Source: Ascidiella aspersa (lineage: Eukaryota). From it: a stretch of 64,000 bases of DNA. Under the pieces are notes generated by a model. That model worked only from the letters and a program-made list of their open reading frames with translations. It made no database searches and was not told the origin of the DNA. The position numbers and the translations under genes were made by a program. The first letter of the stretch is position 1. Every line of letters starts with the position of its first letter. The stretch covers positions 32,860,001 to 32,924,000 of the forward strand of contig OZ004608.1 in the NCBI GenBank assembly GCA_963924565.1. The letters run 5' to 3'. This document shows, in pieces, positions 11,139-26,628 of the stretch.

Positions 11139-13767
11139 ATGATGATCTTTCAGTCAACAATTATTTCCGTTTTATAATTTTTTTTTAATCTTTGTAGGAT
11201 TATAACCTTGGGAGTAGCGGTTCTCAGCCTAAATAATATGTTTAAAATATTAAAAAATATTGTGATAAACATCATATTGAAATATATCCCCTAGTAATAA
11301 CCAGTTGAGTTGGTGAACTTTTTGTCACCAAACAATTCCTTTTTTAGAACAACCAAGCAGTTTGGTAAAAAAAAAAAACGTTCGAAAACAAGGCGTGCAG
11401 GTATAGGCTACCAAGTCCAGCAGACTCCAAAAACAAAACATGTTTGCACTCTGTAACTGTAAAACCAAAAAATGAACGATTGGAAAAAAAATGAAACGAC
11501 GAGTAAACCGAGCGCTGGGTACTTGGTCTGTAATGTCTCAGTCTGTAATGTTTGCAACTCTCATCGACTGAATCTTTTGTTTTGCTCTGTGTGTGGTGAT
11601 AATCTGTCAGAAAAAGTGAAGGTTACCTCCCTCATTACACATTAGCCGCTTTTCACGCTTGATCAACCACGCGGTTTGAGCTAATTGTTTTTAAGTAAAC
11701 CTTTGTTTTACTGTGAGCGTGCAGACATAAAAAAAACGTGATCAGCTCTTAATAACCCTCTCCTCTCTTTGCTTTGTGCTTATAAAAATGGTTTCGTAGT
11801 CAAAATGTTATACTTCGTTCATTTAAAGGAAGAGATCGTGTGTGTTTATTTGATGACTTCGATTTTTTCTTACATTGTTTAAAATCACTTGCTTTAACAA
11901 CAACAAAAACATATAAAGCAGCGACCGTGGCAATCGGCATGGAGCAGTCTCCCTGTTTTGGGGGGACTATGGGGTGCTCTAAATGTTAAAAGCCTGTGAA
12001 AGGAGGGCAACAACCCATGAAAGAGTAAAACCGTCGGTCTAAAGAATATTTGTTTGTAATTCCAATCGCTTAAAGTCCTTTAGTTTACTTTGCGTGTGGT
12101 GCTGGGATATCCAAGAAAGTAAACGCACTGTAGTGATCATTAAACATTAGCACGCCCCTTTTTAGACGTTCTCAACCACAATATTTTAAAGTCAAGAACG
12201 TCTGTGACTCCTATCGAATCTAGCCGTTTGTTTTGCTCAGCGTGTGGCGCTAAGCTATGGGAAAAAGTGAAGGCTATATAGGCCTCATTAAACAGAACCC
12301 CTCCCAAAAACTCTACAATGCGATTTGTGCGAAGGGTTTCCCAGACGAAGATTTTTCCAGTCAGGTTTATGGCCGTTATCGATTGGGAGTCTTTGTTTTT
12401 CTTTGCCCGTGCAATCGACTCTGTCTCTGCGAAAAGCGTGAAGCAGTGGTTTTTAAACCGTGGATAATTACCCGCAAGGGAATAATTTGACAATTTTGAT
12501 GGGGTTGTGTAACATATAGAGTCGCAGAAAGTTTTCACAAATTAAAAGGGTCTGCGAAAGTTTTAGAAACCCCTAGACTAAACTACATAATTGTTTTCCA
12601 AACTTAATTATTTTTTTTTTTTTGTGTGTGTGTGTTAACCATAATATAAGGTGTTATCTTTAAACGCTGCAAAATAAGAAAAAAATGATGCAGCCATCTT
12701 ATTGTTTACATTTTTAATTTGTTTAAAAGTAATTCACTTGATCATTCTAGTGTTGCTTAATCACTGATATCAGGGCATTACTTAATAAATATCAGTAACA
12801 CCCTTATACGTAATGCCCTGAAATTTATTTTAGTGCAAAACACACTAAAAGAGTTGTGAACCACTGGCAGAATGCAGCCATTAGTAAACATTTGCAATGG
12901 TCGGACGAAGTCATTTACTTTGCTCTGCTGGGGATAGAAAGTTCTGCAAAAAAGCCTGACTCCCAAGCGTGATCAGGACGGTTGAAAGGAAAACAATCGC
13001 CCCCTTCATAACACGTGCTTTACCACGCGGTTAACGAACGCTCACTAACTAGGTAAACGTTGGAAAAAACCTCAGGGTCCATGGCTCAACGCGTGATGCG
13101 ATCATTCGAGTTTAACTTGTTCCAATCAGACCACAAAACAAACCAACACTGCCGTGGTTGTTTTTATTTTGGCGGCGCTTTGCCGTGTTCCGCTGAGCCT
13201 AGCACTTTGCCTGTTGGCTCGTCCTTGTTTGACGCGACAAAGCAAATATGATTGCGGCTGATTTTTTTGCGCAGTCGGGCCCCGGCGGAAATGTTGCCTT
13301 GTAGCAAACTTCTGCTGAAACCACACCCGAAGCTTAAAATAGACTACCGCGGGAACAGAACACCTCGATGTGCAGCTACTTGACTCATTTAGCCTTTATG
13401 TGCCTGTAAGTAGGCCCTTTTCAACGATACCTTCTTCCGGGTTTTGTGCAATCCAATTACAAAGAATGTGTATCAGAAATCCTTACTGAATCTAAAAGGG
13501 CAGACTGGATCTGGTAAAAACAAGCATATTCTGTGACGAAGTTAAGCGTGTAATTTATAATTGTAACAAATTTAAAACATTAACTGATAAAAATACAGGT
13601 GCATATCGAAAGGTCTTTATCAACATGATGTCGATTTGCTCGACCTTTTTGGTTTTGGTATTCAGTATAAACTTCCTTTCTATTCCTATAACATGCATTT
13701 ATATATTTGTTTAAGTGAAAATGTACGGACACATAGTTATCAATTTATTTTAATTAATATCCCCTCC

Positions 13768-13902
13768 NNNNNNNNNNNNNNNNNNNNNNNNNNNNNNNNN
13801 NNNNNNNNNNNNNNNNNNNNNNNNNNNNNNNNNNNNNNNNNNNNNNNNNNNNNNNNNNNNNNNNNNNNNNNNNNNNNNNNNNNNNNNNNNNNNNNNNNNN
13901 NN
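13768..13902. other. Assembly gap (135 N)
   Basis: Run of N characters. Confidence 1.
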
Positions 13903-14184
13903 CCAAAAATACACTGTCTGTAGTTTATCGAATAAATCATATTGTGCAATGGAATGAATGAGGTTTTTCAACTTAAATAGAAGTGTTCCGGTTCGAGGTT
14001 TTACTGGGGTTTACGTCATAAACACCAGAGACTGTTTTAACAAAAATAAAACCGACTCGTGACTGTCGGTCTGTCGCCGCTTATTTCGACGTGCTTACGT
14101 CATCTCTTACGTAACCGGTCGTGTGGCTTCTCACCCAGAAACTTCAACGCAATTTGAGAGAGCAGGCCTTCTGATCTCTTAAAC

Positions 14185-15358
14185 CGGTGGTCGGCAAACG
14201 CCGGTCCGCGGACCGGTACCGGTCCGCGAGGAGTTGGTTACCGGTCCGTAGCAGGGTTGTCAGATTAAAATTTTGTTTAAGCACTAATGTCACGTAAAAC
14301 CGTGGTAAAAAGTCAAAAATAATTAAATGTATTTTTATATTTAAAACACACCTTCGTTTTATTATAGCCTACTACTCCATGGTTAATTGGTATGATAAAA
14401 AATCACAATTACTATAAGCTCTCGTGAGGTTCAAAACAACTAGTTTGTCGTGGCCATATAAGCTACATAGCACGTTCACAACATCCATAATGCATAATTT
14501 TATTACAAAATCTAACTTCTAGTACTTACAATACATCGAAAAAGGACCTAAAATATCATGTGTTTTAATTTTAGACATGCTCACCTTAAAGTGCAATAGA
14601 ATTTCATATAAACAACGTTGATAAACTATGTCCCATAATTAAATAATTTATTATTTTGCTATTTAGGCATGGAAAGATTTCGAAAAAACCTATAGTATGT
14701 TAATTAGTTTTAGCCTGTATAGTTTTAGACTCTATAAAAGTAACAAAAAATCCCAAAACGCCTAATGATTTTTTTGACATCAATCACGTTACAAAAATTA
14801 TTTTTGTTGTCAAAAAAGCCATTCTGACAAGCCTTGTAGGTATGTCTATCCTGTAATGTTCAGGTGTCGGTCTGTGGTTCGTACTTTTTTATATTGCCAT
14901 TAATTTTTTTTCGTTTTTACATTACGTTGGCTAACTATTGAAAGTGTCGTGTAGGGCCTGGTCAAAAATAGGATCATACATTATTATATGTTATACAAAA
15001 GTGTGACTTCTTTTAAAAGAATGCTTTAAATATCCTTATTTTGACAAGCTGGTAAGAATATACGAATTGGTAATAATGGTATACAAGTGTAATGAAATAA
15101 AACACGTAAAGGCCTAAAAGTTTTATTGAATGAGCCGCGGGCTCGGTTAAATTAAATTGTTTGGTCGGCCGAATGCCACCCGTGAGTAAGTTCAATAAGT
15201 CCTAGACGGGACCATCTCTTTGCGGCAAAAAGTTCGCATTGAAAGTTGCAATAAATTTCCTTTCCTGAACATTTGTTGTTTTTTAAAGCCGGTCCGGTCC
15301 GCGACCAAATTTTAGTTTTAAACCGGTCCGCAGTGCAAAAAAAGGTTGCCGACCCCTG
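14185..15358. mobile_element. Non-autonomous hAT element, ~1.17 kb
   Basis: Imperfect TIRs cggtggtcggcaaac / ggttgccgacccctg. TSD TCTTAAAC / CCTTAAAC (1 mismatch). ccggtccg subterminal repeats at both ends. Confidence 0.85.
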
Positions 15359-18300
15359 CCTTAAACCGTGTCGCTTTTTAAGTACTATTGCCAAGTATGT
15401 CATTTCAACAGCACACATTGATAAAGCTCACTAAAATTTCCAGAAAATGTAACTTTAAAATCCAACTACTATTAATTGTGTCATGATTAGAATGCATTTT
15501 TGAGCTCATTTTGCGCCCGAGCAGTTTGAGTGAAAATAACAGTTTTTAAAAGTTTTTAGGATTATTTGTTGTATGACGTTACTTTCTGAAATAAATTTTC
15601 GACGTTTTTTATCAAAAATGGCCATGCAACCCCGAACTAAAATCCTGGATCCGACCCTGTCGATGAGTAACGCCCATAAAATAACGGTATAAGGGGCGGC
15701 AATTATATTTGAGTCATTACGTTGTTTTGTTATCAACAAAGTACTTTTTGCTTCTCGGTATAATATGGGTATATGCCACCATATGTTGTACACGGGATGC
15801 TTTCACAAAGGACATTACTACGATTCGATAATAGGCTACCGTTAAATGATAAACAAAGACATTATGGGTTATCTGCTTTAGTGCAGTGGTGGAAGTAGAA
15901 TAAGGAAATCCGCAAAGGCTTCGAGGAAATTGGATTTGTGCATTTGAAGAACATCTGGGTGTCCAGGTTAGTATGCACAGCCACAATGCTCTTATACAGG
16001 GACGGAACTAGAATATATTTTCGTAGCGGAACGCATAAAAACTTTTAGTGATGACGTCACAAATTTACGTCATGACTTGACGTCTTAAAAAAGTAGCCTT
16101 CGCACATACTGAAAATCTCAGTATGGTTAACTGAAATCTCAGTATGGATCCATTTAAGCCGATAGCGGGGATATAGCCTGGAAAAAAAGACATGGCCTGT
16201 TAAAAAAATCCGGTACTTTTGGTTTTGGCAGACTTTCGCCGTTCCGCCTGGCTTTCACCACTGTCGTAGTGAATGGGGGTCCTTGGTTGCACGATAGGGG
16301 GTAGTGGCTTAGAAATAAAACTTTCGTTGACTAAATCTGAACTTTCTTTGACTAAATCTGAACTTTCTTTGACTAAGGATCACATCGTTTTGCAGCTAGT
16401 GTATTTTATTCGTGAAATCGGTGTTATTCAGTGGCGTACGTAAAAAGTCGCGGCCTAAGCGAAACCACAAGGCTCTTAAATTCTAACAAATCTTTTTTGT
16501 ACGACCGACATAAATATTAAGGATACCTAAACGTGTAGTAATTTCGATTTACCATCGTCAATTTAATGTTAAGTCAAGTCAATGACGTAAGGTATTACAA
16601 CACTGCTGGCTAAACAAATAATGTTCTCAACCGAACACAAATAAGTACATTGATATTATACTATGGTGACGTAACCGCGTTTAGACACGACACAGTGAAG
16701 CTTAAAGTGCGGCATGAAGCCAGAGTAAACTGAAGAGCTGCGCAAAGTTTTAATAAATTAGAAGGAATAGGACACCTGGGCTAGACCACATGATGGTTTC
16801 CAACTTGAGTTTATATTTTAAAAAGAACCTTCTATAAGTTCACCATTTCGGAACTCCGAAACTGTACTATTTCTGTTTAGACCTGATTTGGTGTGTCCAT
16901 TGTTTCTTGGTCAATTCAGTATCGGTACCGGGTGGGGTTCCAATGACGTGTTCCCAAACGAATCAGAATCCAATATATTTAAAAATTATTACAGTAAATT
17001 ACAAATCTATTTTTTAAAAGTTGCTATGTGGTTTACCCTAATTAATGAACTGTCTGTTTTTTATAGGCAACAGGCTATTCATTCGTTTACCAATAATGGG
17101 CACGAATATCAAGACTGACAAACATCAAAACGACAAACAAAGCATTGTGCTGCTACCTTTAAGCGAACACGTGCTTTATATTTCGCTGAAAAAATAGAGC
17201 ATGCCGCCATATACCGGTGCTGCTCATAATGCACTCATCTAGTGCTGCAATGGGGTGGATTTAACCCGCACTTTCAGGTAGAAAAAGGGAATAACTTTAA
17301 TAATCGCCCAATACTGCATTGATTTTATTGTTTTTAGAGATAATCTGCCGTGATTAAAACGCACGTGTATTTAATATAAATTAAAGGATACATTTTCAAA
17401 TAAGGCATGATCGATTTTATCGTATCGGGGAAGATACCGTATGCCAAATGCTAGTAACGGACTTGTCTGACACTATAGAGTGCTATCGGTGGCGAAACAA
17501 AACCAAAGATAAGCATTTTAGCACATTTTGCCATCCAACGAAACGCTTTCTCCCTCAAAAGTTATGAAAAATTAAAACAATAACATAATCCAGTAAACAT
17601 AGATCTTATATTTTTTGGACAATTTAAACCCAATAGAGTAATAGACGAATTTTCTCGTCGCCGAAATGCTTTACGTTCATCTCCCAAGATTTCAGTTGCA
17701 CATTTGTGCGAGGTCGAACGATAACCTTAGGTTTCTAAAGATTTCTTGTTTTATGACGTCAAGAAAAAACAAAAAAAAAACATTTTAGTTTGACCTCTGG
17801 TGAAGATTTCATTCGGTATCGCTATGGAAAGGAAATACCAAGTATCAGTCACCAAAACAAAACTGTCAAATAAAGAACTGATGCGTAGAACCATAGATTA
17901 TATTGTTGTGCGAGACGCCAGCGGTCGTTCGCCGGTAATGGGCTTCAACATCAAGACAAGTAAAACACCATTAGTTTATAAGGACAAATAACGCTTTGTG
18001 CTACACTGTCATTCGATTAAACACCAAAATTAAACACCTGAAATGGGCGAAAATGTAACATGTTTGAAAATAAACGTGTTTAAATTTCAGGTGTTTAGAC
18101 GTTTTGCCGTTTATTCGGCCAGGTGTTTAATGCTAGTATTCAGTGTTTCCAAATCAATTCCACAAAATTTCATTGGGTAAACCATTTTATTGCGCGAAAA
18201 AGGTGAAAAACAACACAAAAAGCTTAACACAGTGAAAGTTTCGAAAAATGCAAAACTTGGAAAAGAAAACTATACATTAAAAATTGAAGAGCTTATATTA

Positions 18301-21300
18301 GAAATGAAAAGTAGGAAAACGAAAAACATATAATACACAAAATAACATGTTGGAATTGGATACAATGAAAGTGTTTACGCAAACAAAAATATATCTGCAA
18401 CAAAAATTAAAAAAGAGAAAAAGTAAATAAAAACAACAAAAAAAGATATAAATGTTTTAATATTTATAATTTCTATACTTGGCAAATTTTTCAAGGTGGG
18501 GTCTTTAGTTGTTTAAAACCATATTTAGTAAAAGTATAAATATCGCATATTAAATACAATGAAGGCGTTAATGCAAACAAAACTGTGTATGTGATAAACA
18601 GTAAAAAAACAGAAAAAGTTAAAAAAAAACACAGAAAAGGAGATATTTTACAAAGTTGAAACCCTTTTTATATTTGCTATAAACAAACACGTTCTTTTTA
18701 ATTCCAGGAAAAAATAAGGGCATGCCGCCTTCGACAGGTTTTTGCAATAGTCTTGCCGCAATGACATTGTATTTGTCAAATTGAAATGCTCTCTATCCAC
18801 GGCTGCCTTGTAATTTTAAGTCAACTTCAAGTCAATACAGCGTTCAACTATTGAAAGTGTTCTTCCAAAATGAGCAATAACTTAACTAAAAATCGACAAA
18901 ACCTTTCTTTAAAAACACAACAGCAAATTGTTTTTTGTGCAAAAATTAACTTCAATACTTAAAAACATATTTAAATATTTGAAAACAGTGACTTACATGC
19001 ACTCAAGTCAAGTCATTAACTTAATTACAGAAGTGAAAGATACTAAACTTTCGGGTTTTCGGGTTCTAATTTCATCAACTCGTTTATTTAGTCACAGTAA
19101 TGGCGTCCTTTGGTGCTGGATCGAACGACCAAACTTTTTGCCCAAATATCGGTTATCGATAGTGGATTAAAATATTACGTATCGGACATCTCACGAAATG
19201 AAATGTGATCATTAGTCAGGTACACTATGACACTATGCACGGATCTGTACGGTAGCTTGATAATGATTGTTAACGCCGAAAAGGACGTGTAAATCGACAT
19301 AATTTTGATTAAGAGTTTCGATACGAGCTTGTATGATCTTCAGTTAATGTGGCTGAGAAGCATAACTTATAAAAGGTGGGACGGAAATGTTATGTGTCTG
19401 AGTTTGTAAATTGGAGCATTACTAAGCACCTTAGAGGTACAGCGGTGTTGATAAGGTGTTTAATGATCATTAGTCTTTATGGAAAAAACAAGACCGTCCT
19501 CATTTACTGCACAAGTTACCCAGGGAGGGTGAATTTTCGAAATCGAATCCGAGAGAGTTCTAGAACGTTCAGGGTAACCAGAAAAAAAGGGAGGTGAAAT
19601 AACGCTGACCTTGCAAGTTGCTGCTATACTTTGTTTGCATTTCGCGTTGCCAGAATTAGGGTTTATACACCAGCGCGGCTCGTAAAATTGCGATAAACTT
19701 TACCTTTACCGCGATGAAGTTTGCTTAGGTGTTGTATTATGTTCTGAAGCACTTCACAACACACACAAACAAAGAAAAATATACCGTGCAGTTTAAACAT
19801 TTTTCTCTCCCAGCCTAACTGGAACTTGTTTGTGTAATATGCACATTTAAAAATTGCGTCAAAGGGGTAGTATTCATCAAAAAAAAATAATTTAATTTTT
19901 TTCTGAATATTGCCAAAAAAATGAATGTGTCGGTTGTATACCTAAAGCTAACACCCTGGCCTAGCATTTCAAGCAAAAGGTCAACAAAGAATATCTCTGT
20001 CTTGATCAGCCGGTGGCTTTTCCCAAAGCAGTGATGAATCACGCTTACACCGCAAGCATTAGGCCTAAACTCCTGCAGGCATAACTTGAATCGTACGGGC
20101 ATTGTGTGTATATATAACAGCTGGAATGTCAACTTACAAACTACCACTTGCACTTTGTTAAATTACACGTCTGTATAAATGAAGTATACCTGAGAGCCGT
20201 TAAAACATTTGTAAAAATCACAAATCTTTGGCGGTAGCAAACCATACATTGTGGTTACTTTGTTTTTGTGACTGAGTATAAACCAAGGTTACTTTGGTTT
20301 TAGCGACTTTGTTTACCTCATGTAATACGGTTTGTTTAGCATCTAATATTGAAGGTAATGTTACAAACGACAGCTGGAAATTGCATAAGCGTCAAACATG
20401 ACGTCACAATGCAATTGAGAGTACGTCACTAGGAAATACAAATTAGGATGCCTGGGGTCCCTCCAAAATGACGCGTACAAGCAATATACTGCACTACTAA
20501 AAGAAGCAGAGGAATTTAATATCTCGTTTGTGGAATTGTAAAGGCGTGATATTGATGGATTAGTTGAGAAAAACCTGGATTACGCAACCGTTCTGCTGTA
20601 TTGTGCAAAATCCCCTGGGATTATCACTCATCCTTCAACGATTTAAAGGATGTATTTGGTAGTGTTTTGAAATTTGCAGTGAGGTTTATGCAATACTCAA
20701 TTTTCACTGAGCACCAAATGCACTGGCTGTTAGGTGTGGGCGTAATGCAAAAACAAATAAATAGAGTGCATTTTGAAAGTCCGAGGCCGTGTTTAACCTA
20801 CTAAGCACGTATCGCGTTATAAGGCAAAAAGCATTGGAAACATTTTTCCGTAAAATTGATTTAAATCCAAGTCCAGTCATTCTTTCAAAAGACTTAAGTC
20901 AAGTCAGGTATTTTAAAAACAGTGAATTAAGTGCACTTTAGTAAAGTCATTTAATTAAGTCATTACAACACTGCAATCAGGTTGAACAGTAAGGCTATTC
21001 CTATGCGAAACTTTATCTCAAGATTATTGTTTGGCATTTGTTTTATTTGTAAAACTACAAGTTCCCAGGTCAATCATTATGATTCCATTTAAAAACTAAT
21101 AAACCTACTTATTAGGTTTCAGACTTCACCTAAATTACTAAATCTGAATATGGTATCGACAAGTTAAATTGCGAAACTCTGAAAGAAGTATGGGTAAGTG
21201 AAATTGCGAAACTCTGAATTGTATCAAGTAGCTGAAATTGCAGCATCGTGCGACGCCGCCGCTGCATTTCGCAACACCGAGCCCCGATTTCCACACTTCA

Positions 21301-22118
21301 AGAATCCGCCGCATGACCGTAAAAAGCAATGACGCGCTGTCTCGAGAATCGTAAAACGGCCAGCCTTAAAGGCCGTTAACAAGTTAGGCCGTCCCACTTT
21401 TGCACAGGCTGTGTTACGCGATATATTATTATATATATATTAGGGGTTCTCTTTGTAATGCTGGAAAATCACTTATTCTGTTTATCATTTTTATGCGTGT
21501 ATGCAAAAATTGAATGCACACTGCATTTTGACATTCACCTATTTCCTTGTAAAATAAGTGTTAAAAAATTAATCTCGCGTGGTAGAAAATCTACAGAGAA
21601 TTGTTTTGGTTTCTTAAATGAGCTGCAAGAAATGCATAAAAATACAAGAACTTCATAATCGGCACGCTTTTAATTTAATTGGTCTTTAAAAATGAAGCAC
21701 AAATCGGCCTAAAAGTATTTTGGTAACCTACGTGGTCCGCCGCTTACCCGCGCATTCCAATAGCAAGTTGAAACCGTCAACATCGCCCTCTGGTGAACCA
21801 GCGAGAAAAACAACACGCGGAACGTGCGTTTACCGCAATGTGGACGTGACCACATACATGGGGCTCGGCTGTCACGCGCCCGACGCGTGATAAATCGAGA
21901 GAGGGAGAGAGAAAGAAAGAGAAAGGGCGAACACGGCGAGAGAGAGATAACGAAAACCGAAGCTTGAATTCCTGCAGATGAGCTCCAGTCGGCTGTCGGG
22001 AACACACAATAAGTTCTTCAAAGCAACATTACCAAAGCAGAATATTCTATAATATCATAGCATTGAGACCAACGACATAATATACACTAATATCCACGAC
22101 AGACTAATAGCTAAATCA

Positions 22119-22400
22119 CTGGTGGGCCATAAGAACATTTAAGGTGGGCCACAGACCAATTTAAAAAAGCTAGATTTAGTTTCATTTGTGTCACTATATT
22201 TAATTTTACGGGAATAATAGCTTGGGGAGGAATTAAAAAGGAATGTAAATTGATTGTTTAGCCGCAAATATCACTCATGCACGGTTGAATAAATAATCTG
22301 TTTTAAAATATGATCTGCTGTGTTTTGTTCTAAACTTATTTTACAGTTTTTTCTTTCATAAAATTTTATTAGGCCACAGAATTTTATTTGCAACGTAAAA
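22119..22400. mobile_element. Truncated hAT MITE of the family at 38420-38706 and 59484-59817
   Basis: Shares ggtgggccata...gggccacagaccaatttaaaaaagctagatttag...ggggaggaattaaaaaggaatgtaaat with those copies; termini missing. Confidence 0.8.
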
Positions 22401-23924
22401 GCTATGACATCGGCCGTTTGATGTCCACGTTTAGACGACCTAGTTTGACCGGCGCCTATGGGGTGACGCTGCTTGGCACCGAATTGTTTGTCCCTGTTTG
22501 GGTTTAGTGGGGGTCCTAGGGGTTAGCAATTGGGTTTGGGTTTAAATTATTAGGGGAGTTTTAATAATGCAATGTTTCGTTTACGATATGCATGAAAAAA
22601 ACGTGCAAAGTCAACTTTCGAAATAATCTTACTTCGCAAAAAAGAGCACGAAAAGTCCCATTTAAAATTATAAGCTCCAAAAACTCTAATTAAAGCAATA
22701 TTTCGCGCACGCAGAATTACTATATTTTCATAGCAAACCGTTGATCACAAAATGGAGAGATTTAACCGATTGCAAAAAATAAACAAATTTGGGTGGTATT
22801 ACTTATTTTCTAAACAACCGAGGTCGTTTGGAAAAAAACAGTCACTCAAAGTGCTCAACCATAGCAAAGCTGGCGCATTCACATCAAAACAACAAATCGC
22901 TAAAAATTCCTGAAAATCGATAAGCTGGATAAAGCTACAGTCACACCCACCCCAATCAGCCATTCAGCGATCAAGTCGACCTCAAACGCAATCATGTGAC
23001 AAGCAGGGCTGCCATTACTGACTGGAAAGTGAATTGGCGCATGGGTTTAGCTCTGAAACGTTAACCGCCCCGTCTATTTGCGCAAGGACAACTGTTCGGG
23101 CATTTCTCGTGGTTATGTTGTTTTCTCCCAGGTAACAAGCAAACACACACCCACAAAGAAGGGATTGGTGAACGACTGAACGTACTTTGCCTGCAATTCT
23201 ATGATTGGTCATTTCCAAGGGCGATTAAAAGGACAAGAAGCAAGGCGATTTGTCTATGCACCGAATCACACAAATTAAAGAAAAGAGTAAATTAAAACGT
23301 ACATAATGAGGTCTACAAAAACCTAAGTTTTTTCATTTTTCAACAGTTAAACCGTATTTAGAGAACACACAGCCAGACCTAAAAAGCAGCAAGCTCTGTG
23401 TATTATTCCTACGTAGATATTGTTCTTGTGGGGCGCAGCCAAATTCTTAAGGCTGGAGTCCCTTATTTAGTTTAAAATTAAATTTTAGTTGACCAATAAC
23501 GCCAGTTTGATGTGGCATTTCAACAAAATCTGGAGTGGGTCAAAAGAGCTTAATAACACAGAAAATGCCACATAAAACACCACTTAAACGGGTTACGGTT
23601 TTAACAGGAACCTTACTGAATGTAAATTCCTGCAACCGCTAATTAAGGCATAGTAGAAACCAAACGGAAATCAGGTCTGGAACCAAAATGTCTCGACCGT
23701 TTTTAGCTTTATTGGCACATCGAATAAAGCACCAAAAAACGGAAAAAGCCGGTATAACGATAATACCTAATGGTTGGCATATTATATAACGTTACCGACT
23801 AAAAAGAGGTAAATTGCCACTTGGGCTTTATTTGTAAAAATCAATACGCTTGTATTCGCAGGCCATTTTAGACCGGCCTTTCTTTTACGGGTGTAAATTC
23901 TTAAAACATAAAATAGGGAGAGAC

Positions 23925-24210
23925 TAGGGATGTTTAATAATATCGGATAGGAGCCGATACTCGATGCCGATAGTATCGGTACCCGTCCGATACAAGGTTA
24001 GTATCGGTGCCGATCCGATACCAAAAAAGTATGGCTATTTTAGCTATGATAACGCAGTGATTTCTACCTTCAAAGGAAGATTTATTAAATATAGTAAGCC
24101 AACAACAAGAGGTACAATGACGTCATTACTATCGGATAGGGTCGCGATACTTTTTGTGTGAAAGTTCGGGTATCGTATCGGATAAAAGTGTCCAGCATCA
24201 GACTTCCCTA
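23925..24210. mobile_element. hAT-like MITE with TAGGGA termini and gatac/gtatc subterminal repeats
   Basis: Starts tagggatg and ends ttcccta. Dense ccgatac/gtatcgg motifs at both ends. No convincing TSD. Confidence 0.6.
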
Positions 24211-26628
24211 GCAAAGACCATTGATTGAGCTAACTGTGTTTATCTAGGTAGGTCAACCCCGCTTCAAGACAGTTTGTACACCATATTATATACATACACA
24301 TTGAATTATATGTTCAAATCGTTGTGTAATAAAACTAGTTAAAATAGTTGTATTGGCTAGTACAAAAAACGTAACTTCAGTTACAATATTTGCAAGTGAG
24401 TTTTCACTTTAAAAGTTTCCACATGTGACGCTTAACTTCTTGGTTTTCCAGTAGGGCCAGCAACAGAAAAAAACTAAAAAGCAAAGTAGAATACAATCAA
24501 TTTCGAGCCCGCTTGAAGCTGCTCTGGCGTAACAGACAATTTTCGCGCAGACGAAAACGTAATCAGTTGACTGGCGTGTTCGTCTGGATTGGCAAGAGTG
24601 CATTGACCCCGTTACGCTTTTCGGGCGCTGCTGTATCTTTTGTGCGCAATTAGAAGCGTTGTTGACAATCACGGGCGCCCAAAAGTTGCCAGGAGTCGCT
24701 TTGTTTACATTTGAAAACGCAATGGGCCATTGTTTGCAAACAAACAGACAATCGGGTTCGAACCTGGATTACCTGCTACTGAATTTGAACAGGACAAATG
24801 TTGCGAAATTCGCGTAACTGATTGTCTGAAGCCCCTTTTTATTGTTCAACGTCGCAGTTAGGGGTTAGACCAATCGGCGGAAAATCGCCTTGTTTAAACT
24901 TGTCGTAAAATAGATGAAAAAAATAAATAAACGACACAAAAACATAGACGGAACTGCAGTGAAACGAACAAACCTCAGCATATATTTGACTGATTATATG
25001 CAGGTAAGCTCTGTTAGACATTTTACACATAATTTGTATTGTAGCATAGCGCTGTAAATAGTTCAAATAGATACGCTTAAAACTTCCAAAACTTCCTTGT
25101 TTCAACCAATACGTTTAAGCTATTCATCGAAATCGAACCTCCATTTAAGGCGCGTCATTTTCGTGCGTCGGCCGACACCTTTACTGAAACCGGCTTGCCT
25201 GGCATACAATCAAAGCAGGAAATCCTGCCACAAATTTGTTAATTGTAAAGCTCGGCCGCGACGCCGTGAAAAAGTGCTCGTGAAAATCGGTGTCAGAAGG
25301 CAACACAAAATAGAGGTATTGCATTTGCTGTTAAGTTCAATCTTAAAAGCAGATTTTTTGCCAAAATCTTTAGCCAACAAACTACAGTTAAATCCTCACA
25401 TGCTTACACTTCAACAAAATTTGGTGCTTTTTCTAAACACACAAAAATAAGGAGGCATAGGCAAAATAATACACGCTGCACTATCCTTGACCTTCCAAAT
25501 CAGTTTTGTTAAGAATTGCTTAGAATTACATGGACATTAGATAACCAAATGCCATGGACGTATAGTTCTAATCCGTAGTTTGTAGACATCCGATGACCCT
25601 GAGATAGACTGTTTTTAATGGCTATACAGCCAAAACATTTGTACCTTAAAAAATGCTTTACATTTTTGGTTTCTTTGCGTTTACATGTATGCTCAGAATT
25701 TCCCTAAGGTTACTAAATGATTACAGAGCATAAAATTCTGCTAACCTTCAAACGACTGTAAAGCACCCGTCTAGAAAAGAGTGTCCATCTAAGGTTTTAT
25801 ACTTCTTGTTCCAAGAGCAATGTCTGACAGAACATCAATTGCATATTTTCAATATCGTTATTGCAGCCAATTTTCAATTGCCAGCTGCTACCTAGTGCTA
25901 GTCGCGCAAAGCAACGGCTGGTGAAGGGAAATTTCTCATTACACAAATCTCTTTCGATTCCTGGTGGAATAAGCCCCCTAAATCACATGCCACACCAAGT
26001 TTTGTTTTTTGAGGGACGTTCGTAACGCCGCCCGTGTAATATTTATAGTTAAAACGTTTAGGCACGAAACAAAAGATAATACAAGTTCACGTAGAATGCG
26101 AAAAAAAGATAATTGCAGCTGGTGTCTGACAAAGGGGAAATATATAAAGAAAACAAACAAAAAAATACGCCTTAAAGAGCGACATGCTTATCCATCAAGC
26201 ACTACTGCATGGTATCAAAAATACTTTTGAACGAAGTAATATTTCGGCGAGAAATTAACAAGGACTGGCAAGTGTAGCCTTCCAAGATGTAATAAATGCG
26301 CATTTGATTCATCGAAGAAATGACATATAAAAGCCCCTCTTACAAAAGACCCACTCACCAGAACAAAAACGGCGCAGTCCATAAACAATGGCTTTAATGG
26401 CGCGCCGAGAAAAACAACACAGTGGTTAAAACGAAAGCCATTGCTACTGGGTGTGCGTGCGCAGTGGACTGTGGACAAAGCTTTAACGTGTTTTTGCTAG
26501 CAGGCGAAAGAACACAACCTCCTGCCTTCACTGTGCAAAATCGGTGATTGGTAGACTTGGCAAATGTAGCTTTAATTTACTTCGGGAAAATGCCGTGGGA
26601 CGGATTACCGCGATGAACCGTTGTCGAA

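Noticed and set aside
13636-13971. ORFs spanning the N run
   Set aside because: Artefacts of the assembly gap.
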